From positions 4,019 to 68,018 of the forward strand of contig DATDGX010000019.1 in the NCBI GenBank assembly GCA_036521875.1: DNA of 64,000 nt, in the 5' to 3' direction. Source of the stretch: Candidatus Binataceae bacterium. Lineage in GTDB: Bacteria > Desulfobacterota > Binatia > Binatales > Binataceae. Shown here piece after piece: positions 57,202 to 64,000 of the stretch (the stretch's first letter is position 1; every line of letters starts with the position of its first letter). The position numbers and the translations under genes are program-made. The notes below the pieces were generated by a model, which was not told where the DNA came from, ran no database searches, and saw only the letters and a program-made list of their open reading frames with translations.

Positions 57202-58164
57202 TTACGGAATCAGCAGCACGCGGCCGACGGCCTGGCGGCTTTCGATGTAGGCGTGGGCGGCGGCCGCCTCGGAAAGCGGAAAGCTCCGATCGATAACCAC
57301 CTTGAACTCGCCGCGCGCCGCCTCGTCGATAAGGCGCTGAATCATGTCGTGCGCGCGGTTGGTCGCGATTTCGGCGCCCAGGAAAACTCCGGTCAGCGAA
57401 CGATTGCCCGCCATCAGAGGAGAGACATCGACGGTCATCGCTTCACGGCCTGCCGCGCCCACCATCGAGATTCGTCCGCGATAGGCGAGCGACATGATGC
57501 TGCTTTGCAAGGTCGAACCGCCGACCGGATCGACCACCAGGTTAGCGCCCTTGTTGTCGGTCAGGCGCATCACTGATTTGGCGACGTCGGCGGTGCGATA
57601 GTTGATCCCGTGATCCATCCCCAACGGACGCAGCCGCTCGAGGCGTGCGTCGCTCGAGGCGGTGGCGAGAACCAAAGCACCCGCGCGCTTGGCGAGCTGG
57701 ATGGCGGCGACGCCGACGCCGCTGGCGCCGGCTTGCACGAGGACCGTCTCGCCAGCTTTGAGGCGGCCGAATTCGAACAGGCAATCGTCGGCGGTGCCAA
57801 AGGGGACCGGGATGGCGGCCGCAAGCTTCACGTCGAATCCTTTCGGGATCGGCCACGCGTTGCGGGCGGGCACCGCGCGCAAGGCGGCGTGTGAGCCGAA
57901 GTTAAATACGGTGGTGACTTTCTGGCCGACGCGGAGGTCGGAGACTTCCGCGCCGACCGCTATGATCTCGCCGCCCGCCTGATAGCCCACGACGTGGGGC
58001 GTGGTCACGAGAGGGCCGCGCCATCGGTTCAGCGTATCGCCGCCCTCGATACTCACGGCCTCGACGCGAATGACGACGCCTTTCGGATGGCATACCGGAT
58101 CGGCAACGTCTTCGTATTTCAGTACGGCGGGATCTCCATTCTTGTAATAGACGGCGGCTTTCAT
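57202..58164 (-). CDS. zinc-type alcohol dehydrogenase-like NADPH:quinone oxidoreductase
   Basis: 320-aa MDR fold with the nucleotide motif GASGVGVAAIQLAKRAGA. Confidence 0.75.
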   Translation of the reverse strand: MKAAVYYKNGDPAVLKYEDVADPVCHPKGVVIRVEAVSIEGGDTLNRWRGPLVTTPHVVGYQAGGEIIAVGAEVSDLRVGQKVTTVFNFGSHAALRAVPARNAWPIPKGFDVKLAAAIPVPFGTADDCLFEFGRLKAGETVLVQAGASGVGVAAIQLAKRAGALVLATASSDARLERLRPLGMDHGINYRTADVAKSVMRLTDNKGANLVVDPVGGSTLQSSIMSLAYRGRISMVGAAGREAMTVDVSPLMAGNRSLTGVFLGAEIATNRAHDMIQRLIDEAARGEFKVVIDRSFPLSEAAAAHAYIESRQAVGRVLLIP

Positions 58165-58415
58165 CGGGCGACCTCCAGGTTAGGATGCTGCACTGTCGCG
58201 GCTGAAAACGCAAAAGCTATGTGCGGATGGGATTTGTCAGCGACCTAAACGAAAATGGCGCTGTTCTGCGACTCTAACTCTTGGTCGCGAGTAGATTTGA
58301 ACGTAGAATTGCGAAGCTCTCGCTGATACACCTTGAGGCGATGGAATTCTCGTTCAGAAAAGGCTATTTAAGTAGTGTTACAGCTATCATCACTGGCAAG
58401 CAGGAGGAGTAATTC

Positions 58416-58643
58416 TTGGATATCAGCAGAATCGTCGCAGACTTGAAACGCGAGAGGGAACGGCTCCGTCGAGCAATTGAAGCCCTTGTGGGAATCGGGG
58501 CGGCCGGGGCCGGGACAAGGAAAGGCGCCCGTAAAGGCACCATGAAAAGAAAACGACGCGGTGGCATTACGCCCGCGGGCAGAAAGCGCTTGTCGGAAAT
58601 GATGAAGAAGCGGTGGGCGGCGCGCAGAAGAAAGGGTTTATAA
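58416..58643 (+). CDS. small highly basic hypothetical protein
   Basis: 75 aa from TTG with AGGAGG 7 nt upstream. A coiled N-terminus is followed by an R/K-rich tail (RKGARKGTMKRKRRGG...RWAARRRKGL). Confidence 0.3.
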   Translation: MDISRIVADLKRERERLRRAIEALVGIGAAGAGTRKGARKGTMKRKRRGGITPAGRKRLSEMMKKRWAARRRKGL

Positions 58644-58784
58644 AGAACAGAGTTAGCGGCAGTGTGGCCCGTCGGTCTGCTCTCATGCAGAAGATCGGCT
58701 GACCGGCGCGCGGATCCGGATTGAAGACCTGAGGCGACTCGACCAGGGCGGACGCGGCACGCGTGCGACGCCCGAGCCCCGCAA

Positions 58785-60311
58785 ATGGCATCGCCGCCGA
58801 ATGTATTGTTCATCACGGCCGACCAATGGCGTGGCGATTGCCTGTCAGCGCTGAGTCATCCGGTCGTACGCACACCGCATCTCGACGCCCTTGCGGCTGA
58901 GGGCGTACTTTTCCGGCGTCACTTCGCCAACGCGGCACCGTGCGGACCCAGCCGGGCCTCGCTTCACACCGGAATGTATCTGCAGAATCATCGTTCCGGG
59001 ACCAATGGAACGCCTCTTGATGCGCGGCATACGAACTGGGCTAAGGAGGCGCTGGCGTACGGATACGATCCGGTACTGTTCGGCTATACCGACACGAGCC
59101 AGGATCCTCGCGGGCTCGAGGCGGGCGATCCGTGGCTCAAGAGTTACGAGGGGCCCCTGCCCGGCATCCGGCCCGTATGCCTGATGATTGGCACGCCGAC
59201 GCCGTGGACCGATTGGCTAAGGGCGCGTGGTTTCGAAGTACCTTCTGATATTCGCTTCGCCTATGGCTATCGCGCGCCTGGTCCGGACTACGAAGACGGC
59301 GCGCCAAGCCCCAAGCCGCTGAGGTATCCGGCGGAATTCGATGACACCGCGTTTCTCGTGAACCAGCTTATCGACTACGTCAACACCGCGTGCGGCCCTT
59401 TCGTCGCACACTTGTCACTGCTCCGCCCCCATCCGCCCTTTGTGGCCCCCGAGCCCTACAACGCGATGTACGATCCTGCGCTAGTGCCGGGTTTCACGCG
59501 TCGGGCCACGCCGAATGACGAGGCCACTCAGCATCCGTGGCTCGCGCATCAGCTATCCCGCCGATTCTTCAGGGCGCCCGCCAATGAGAAGAAGCTTCGG
59601 CGGCTGAAGGCCGTTTACTATGGTCTCATGAGCAGGGTTGATGCGGAGATAGGAAGGCTGATTCGGTTTCTCAAGGAAACCGGGCGCTGGGGTTCGACAG
59701 TCATCGTTTTCACTTCGGATCACGGCGAGGAAATGGGCGACCACTGGCTGCTCGGCAAGTGTGGCTACTTCGACGGCTCGTACCACATACCGCTGATCGT
59801 TCGTGATCCGCGGCCGCAAGCTGATTCTACTCGAGGCTCCGTCGTTTCGTCCTTCACCGAAAACGTCGACATCATGCCGACGCTACTGGAAGCGATCGGC
59901 GCCGAAATTCCGCTGCAATGTGATGGAATGTCACTGGCGCCTTTCCTCGAAGACGCGGACCGCCCCGACACTTGGCGCAGCGAGGCGCACTGGGAGTTCG
60001 ACTTTCGCGATCCTGGCGACGACTCGGCGGAGCGCGAGCTCGGACTCACGCTGCATCAATGCACGATGAACATCATCCGCGGCGAGCGCTACAAGTATGT
60101 CCATTTCACGAATCTGCCGCCGCTCTTCTTCGACCTGGAGACGGACCCCGGCGAGTTCGTGAACCTCGCCGGCGAAATTTCCTGCGCGCCACTGGTACTC
60201 GAGTATGCCCAGAAGCTCCTTTCGTGGCGCATGAACCATGACGAGCAGACACTGACCCACATCAAGCTCAGCGAGCACGGACCGATCTCGCGGCGCGCCG
60301 CGCGTCATTGA
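58785..60311 (+). CDS. sulfatase / phosphonate-monoester-hydrolase-like alkaline-phosphatase-superfamily enzyme (Cys-type FGly site)
   Basis: NVLFITADQWRGDCL and APCGPSRASLHTG (C-x-P-x-R formylglycine motif), with C-terminal sulfatase-fold conservation. Confidence 0.7.
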   Translation: MASPPNVLFITADQWRGDCLSALSHPVVRTPHLDALAAEGVLFRRHFANAAPCGPSRASLHTGMYLQNHRSGTNGTPLDARHTNWAKEALAYGYDPVLFGYTDTSQDPRGLEAGDPWLKSYEGPLPGIRPVCLMIGTPTPWTDWLRARGFEVPSDIRFAYGYRAPGPDYEDGAPSPKPLRYPAEFDDTAFLVNQLIDYVNTACGPFVAHLSLLRPHPPFVAPEPYNAMYDPALVPGFTRRATPNDEATQHPWLAHQLSRRFFRAPANEKKLRRLKAVYYGLMSRVDAEIGRLIRFLKETGRWGSTVIVFTSDHGEEMGDHWLLGKCGYFDGSYHIPLIVRDPRPQADSTRGSVVSSFTENVDIMPTLLEAIGAEIPLQCDGMSLAPFLEDADRPDTWRSEAHWEFDFRDPGDDSAERELGLTLHQCTMNIIRGERYKYVHFTNLPPLFFDLETDPGEFVNLAGEISCAPLVLEYAQKLLSWRMNHDEQTLTHIKLSEHGPISRRAARH

Positions 60312-60334
60312 GCTTGACCGCGGAGTCCCTACAG

Positions 60335-61129
60335 CTAGGGACGCTCGCCGTCGCGGAGCCGTGCCTCGATAGCGTCGAGGGCAGGCTCGCAATCGGTGAC
60401 TGCGTCGATCACCTGATGCGCGCCGGCCTCCGACAACTTATTGCGCGCGTTCTCGAGACGAACCTTTTGCTCGGAGGGCGCAAGCGCGCCGAAGTCTTCG
60501 GCAGACAGGCCGATCATGTTACCGGTGCGGGCGACTCCTATCGTCCATACACCCGCCCGCAAGCCTTCCTCGACGTCGATGACCGTGTCGCCGATTTTCA
60601 CGATCGCCTCCAGCGGCTCGACCTGCAGGCGGATGGCGTTGGCGAAGATCATCCATGGATAGGGGCGGCCACCACCGACGTCATCCGGAGTGATTGCGCA
60701 ATCAGGTTGGTAGCCCTGCTCGGCCGCGGCTCGCAGTAGCGGCTCGAGCATCGCGCGAGTGTACCCGGTGGTGCTCCCGATCTTGATCCCGCGTTTGCGC
60801 ATGCGCGCGACGGTTTCCGCGACGCCGTCGATCACGGCAGAGTGTCTCACTATGCGCTCGAGCTGAAGCGGCTCGAAGCTCGCGAACAGGCTTTCCACAT
60901 CCGCCTCGCCAGGTTCGTGACCGACCGCGATGCGCCATTGGGTCGCGACGTTGGGCAGAAACAGTATTTTCCTGATGTGATCCTTTTTCAGCACGCCCAT
61001 ATCGCGCCGCGCATCGGCCTCCGATATCGGGGCGCCGCGTTGAAAAAATACTTGTTGCAGAACGCGGACCGGCGCGAGGCTCCCGTGATCGACAGTCGTT
61101 CCCGCCCAATCGAGAATTACGGCCTTCAC
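60335..61129 (-). CDS. phnX: phosphonoacetaldehyde hydrolase (phosphonatase)
   Basis: HAD motif I ILDWAGTTVD directly after GTG 61129, then PhnX-specific blocks (MGVLKKDHIRKIL, IGSTTGYTRAML, KIGDTVIDVEEG). The ORF is open upstream to 61504 with no PhnX similarity there. Confidence 0.8.
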   Translation of the reverse strand: MKAVILDWAGTTVDHGSLAPVRVLQQVFFQRGAPISEADARRDMGVLKKDHIRKILFLPNVATQWRIAVGHEPGEADVESLFASFEPLQLERIVRHSAVIDGVAETVARMRKRGIKIGSTTGYTRAMLEPLLRAAAEQGYQPDCAITPDDVGGGRPYPWMIFANAIRLQVEPLEAIVKIGDTVIDVEEGLRAGVWTIGVARTGNMIGLSAEDFGALAPSEQKVRLENARNKLSEAGAHQVIDAVTDCEPALDAIEARLRDGERP

Positions 61130-61179
61130 CAGTCCAGAATAAGATTGCCTGCGCGCGGAAGGATTTCGGTTCGGCGCCG

Positions 61180-62325
61180 TCACTGGATAGTCATCTCGCG
61201 AATCATCTGTTCGGCCAGGCCGAACGACAGGGTCATACCGGAGCCGCCGACTGCCGTGACGATGCGCACTCCGGGCGCGGCGTCGATCGCGACATAGGAT
61301 TTGTCCGGATCCTTGGCATACACGCCGTACCATCGCTCCGCGATCGAAAGATCGGGTGCCAGCAGAAACCTGCGCAAGTCTTGCAGCACGAGTTCGTCGA
61401 TCACCGTCTTGTTGAAGACATCCACGGCGAGACCGTACTCGTGAGAATCGCCCAGAGTCAGGGCGCCGTCCGCGGTCTGCGAAACCAGCGTGTGAATGGC
61501 CCAACGATCATACTCAGCCAGTTCGCGCGCGACTCGCTCCTTGTATTTCGGCAACGTCGCCGTGCAGATCTCAAACGCGGGATAGAAGCGCAGCGTGAGG
61601 CCCGCAGCGAGCGACGGACCGAGTTCCCAGCCGTTTGGTTGTGGCGCGGTGCGCATCATCTGCAGCTTGCATCGATCGATCGCGCTGGTCGCAAACAATT
61701 CCGGGTAGAGCGTTTCGAAATCGTCGCCGCCGCAAACGATTGCCTGCGCGGCTTCCCAGACCTCCGAGCCGGCTTCGATGCGCGGCAATTGAATTGATCG
61801 CACCGCAGTCCCGAAACGGAACTGCACGCCAAATTTCTCAGTGAGATATGCCGGCAGCCGAGCGAGAATCAAGCGCGGATCGACGGTCATCTCGGTAGGA
61901 CTCCAGATGCCGCCGAGAAGTCCTACCGGATTTACCGCCTGGCTCTTCTTCACCACTTCGCGCGGCGGAAGCCAGGTGCACGTGTAACCGAATCCTGGCG
62001 CGCGTTCCGCGAACTCGCCTGCCACATCGGCCTCGTCCTGATGATAGACGACGTGGAGAGAGCCGGTCCGGCGATACGGCAAGCCGCAGTCGTCGAGAAT
62101 CTCCTGCCAAAGTTGACGGCTACGCGTCGCCATCTGATGAACCGCGCCAGCCTTCTGTCCGATCGGCCATATCATGCCGAAGTTACGCACCGAGGCCCCT
62201 TGTGCTTTGGGGGTGCGCTCAAAGACCACGACTGCCTTTCCACGCCTGGCCGCGAAGTAAGCATGCGCCAGGCCGAGGATGCCGGCGCCGACGATCGCCA
62301 CGTCCGCTTTTCGATTTGCACTCAT
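61180..62325 (-). CDS. FAD-dependent oxidoreductase of the phosphonate-cluster-associated (TIGR03364-like) type
   Basis: DVAIVGAGILGLAHAY FAD motif and DAO-family length (381 aa). It lies immediately upstream of and co-oriented with phnX. Confidence 0.65.
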   Translation of the reverse strand: MSANRKADVAIVGAGILGLAHAYFAARRGKAVVVFERTPKAQGASVRNFGMIWPIGQKAGAVHQMATRSRQLWQEILDDCGLPYRRTGSLHVVYHQDEADVAGEFAERAPGFGYTCTWLPPREVVKKSQAVNPVGLLGGIWSPTEMTVDPRLILARLPAYLTEKFGVQFRFGTAVRSIQLPRIEAGSEVWEAAQAIVCGGDDFETLYPELFATSAIDRCKLQMMRTAPQPNGWELGPSLAAGLTLRFYPAFEICTATLPKYKERVARELAEYDRWAIHTLVSQTADGALTLGDSHEYGLAVDVFNKTVIDELVLQDLRRFLLAPDLSIAERWYGVYAKDPDKSYVAIDAAPGVRIVTAVGGSGMTLSFGLAEQMIREMTIQ

Positions 62326-62361
62326 CGCATGCCTGAGGAATCTCTACCGCCTATGCCGCGC

Positions 62362-63669
62362 TCAGGATAGGCGCGCGGACCGAAGCTTCGCGGCGAGATT
62401 GCCCCGACGTCTCACCTCGATCCGTTCGAGGCCCAGCCATGACGCGAGGGTCACCAGCTCCCGCGTCATCGCCTCTGCGACTTTGGAAGGACGAACGCCG
62501 GGTTCCGCATGCGCTCCCAGCACGCGCAGCGTCCGGGTTGCGCGATCGGATTTCAGATCGACGCGGGCGACGAGCCGGTCTCCAAGCAGGAACGGCAACA
62601 CATAGTATCCGTGTTTGCGCAGCGCCGAGGGCGTGTAGATCTCGATTCGATAGCGGAAGCCGAAGATTCGTTCGGTTCGCGATCGTTCCCAGATGAGCGA
62701 GTCGAACGGCGACAGCAGCGCCTGAGCCTCGAGCTTGCGCGGTGCTCGGGCATCGCGTGCGACGAATGCCGGCTGAGCCCATCCTTCGACGGTGACCGGG
62801 ATCAATTCGCCGCCTTCGACAAGCTCGGAGATGCGCTGCCGTCCGGCGACGCGACGGATGCGAAAGTAATCGCAAAGGTCTTGCTCGGTTGCCACGCCAA
62901 GGGCGCGCGCAGCGATCCTCATTAGTGCGCGCTGCGCGTCTTCAGTTTTCGGAGTCGGCATCGTCAGGACGTGAGCCGGCAGAACTCGCTCAGGAAGATC
63001 GTACAGCCGCTCGAAGCCGCGCCGACCTGCGGCCGCGACGCGACCAGCCGCGAACAGCGCTTCGAGCATCCGCTTGCCATCGCTCCAGCCCCACCATCCG
63101 CCTTTGCTTGCGCCGGCGTCGCTGAGTTCGCGAGCGCTCAAGGGCCCTCGCTCTGCGACCTCTTTGAGCGCGGACTGCATGAAGCCCGGACGCCGCCGCA
63201 CCAGACTCGCAATCCTGGTGTCACTGTCATTGACGCGCTCGGAGGCCTCCGTCATCCGCCAGCGCAGCAGCGGATGCAATTCCAACGGCATCAACGACGC
63301 CATGTGTCCCCAGTATTCGAACAGCTCTCGGTCGCTTGGGGAGCCAAGCCACGCCGAGTCGAGCAGTTCCGACGCGTAAGAACCCAGCCGCGAAAAAAGT
63401 GGCAGGTAGTGAGATCGGACCAGGATGTTGACCGAGTCGATCTGCAGCAGCCCGATTTGCGCCAGCACGCGTCGCAGATGTTTGCGATCGGGACGTCCGG
63501 ATGGGCGGGGATTTGCGAATCCTTGTGCGGCCAGCGCTATCCGGCGCGCTTCGTCCGCCGACATGCGTGTGGCGGGTCTCCCGGTCTCCGCATGCTTAGT
63601 CGCGTGCGCGATCGGTTCCTCCTTGACGTGACCCTTCTTCGCCGGCATGACCCTTCCTCGCGGCTGCAT
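62362..63669 (-). CDS. YcaQ-family (DUF1006) winged-helix DNA-binding protein / crosslink-repair glycosylase-like
   Basis: 435 aa with multiple wHTH modules and family motifs (LLQIDSVNILVRSHYLPLFSRLG, GGWWGW, YVLPFLLGDRLVARVDLK). Confidence 0.6.
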   Translation of the reverse strand: MQPRGRVMPAKKGHVKEEPIAHATKHAETGRPATRMSADEARRIALAAQGFANPRPSGRPDRKHLRRVLAQIGLLQIDSVNILVRSHYLPLFSRLGSYASELLDSAWLGSPSDRELFEYWGHMASLMPLELHPLLRWRMTEASERVNDSDTRIASLVRRRPGFMQSALKEVAERGPLSARELSDAGASKGGWWGWSDGKRMLEALFAAGRVAAAGRRGFERLYDLPERVLPAHVLTMPTPKTEDAQRALMRIAARALGVATEQDLCDYFRIRRVAGRQRISELVEGGELIPVTVEGWAQPAFVARDARAPRKLEAQALLSPFDSLIWERSRTERIFGFRYRIEIYTPSALRKHGYYVLPFLLGDRLVARVDLKSDRATRTLRVLGAHAEPGVRPSKVAEAMTRELVTLASWLGLERIEVRRRGNLAAKLRSARLS

Positions 63670-63810
63670 TATGCCGGATTATTTACTAGGCCGCCTATTC
63701 CAGTTCCGATCGATCGCGACTTCAGGAGTAACTCCACCGCCTGCATCTGCTAGCCTCGCGTAGGCATCCGGAGGTTTGCGGCTCGGGAGTTTTCGGGTCG
63801 GGAGGTCAAT

Positions 63811-64000
63811 CATGATGTTCACCGGACGGGGCAAGCAGCTCACCATCTTCTTCGGCGAGACCGATAAGTATCATCATCAGGCGCTGTACATGGCGCTGAT
63901 TGAAATGCTGCGGCGCGAAGGATGCAGCGGCGCCACCGTGACGCGAGGGATCGCCGGCTTCGGCGCTTCGTCGCTGATCCACACCTCGGCGGTCCTTCGT
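63811..64000 (+). CDS. DUF190 (PII-like fold) protein, N-terminal fragment running off the window
   Basis: The sequence MMFTGRGKQLTIFFGETDKYHHQALYMALIEMLRREGCSGATVTRGIAGFG matches the DUF190 N-terminus. Confidence 0.5.

Overview
This is a 64 kb, high-GC (about 67%) chromosomal segment from a Gram-negative bacterium. The evidence for a Gram-negative host is Wza/Wzi/DUF1302 outer-membrane proteins, c-type cytochromes and a TTQ amine dehydrogenase. No tRNA/rRNA, CRISPR, transposase or integrase genes were found.

Layout:
(1) 1-6.4 kb: a methyltransferase fragment, a DUF445 membrane protein, an epimerase, and B12-dependent methionine synthase metH.
(2) 6.4-31.4 kb: one long, tightly packed minus-strand polysaccharide (EPS/capsule-like) locus. 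It runs from a NusG-family paralog (about 31.4 kb) to gmd (6.5 kb). It contains a Wza-like exporter (1013 aa) with a Q/G-rich N-terminal extension, a lytic transglycosylase, Wzi, Wzz, a GT9 transferase, a Wzx flippase, six GT4/CgeB-like transferases, a NodU/CmcH carbamoyltransferase, a plant-type GDP-mannose 3,5-epimerase homolog, a WecA/MraY-like initiating transferase fused to a CoA-binding-like domain, a PMI-type cupin and Gmd.
(3) 31.5-37.7 kb: a DUF1302 outer-membrane protein, a divergent intergenic region with three tandem 13-bp repeats, a secreted YVTN/NHL-like beta-propeller protein with a clean intrinsic terminator, then DUF4336, MBL-fold and cytochrome c genes.
(4) 37.8-41.0 kb: housekeeping genes recR-ybaB-dnaX with an SRP RNA (ffs) upstream.
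(5) 41.2-43.2 kb: aguB-aguA (agmatine to putrescine).
(6) 43.2-45.5 kb: a DUF2089 (zinc-ribbon/HTH) plus DUF4097/SHOCT two-gene module with a consensus sigma70 promoter and four tandem 14-bp repeats.
(7) 46.3-50.3 kb: a thiol/copper redox cluster with an OM beta-barrel carrying an N-terminal CxCxC motif, TlpA, SCO1, a membrane rhodanese and a DoxX/MauE-like protein.
(8) 50.3-54.9 kb: a TTQ methylamine dehydrogenase cluster mauB-E-D-A plus two mono-heme cytochromes c. No mauG or amicyanin is visible. It is preceded by degenerate duplicated copies of the mauB 5' end and a frameshifted cupin gene.
(9) 55-64 kb: PPK2, a BaiN-like flavoprotein, a quinone reductase, a sulfatase-like hydrolase, phosphonatase phnX with a TIGR03364-like FAD oxidoreductase, a YcaQ-like wHTH protein and a DUF190 fragment.

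The most interesting candidates are the NusG-paralog-controlled EPS locus with its GME homolog, ACG-start glycosyltransferase and fused initiating transferase; the DUF2089/DUF4097 module with repeat operators; and the mau cluster lacking mauG, with its possible link to the phnX and FAD-oxidase genes.
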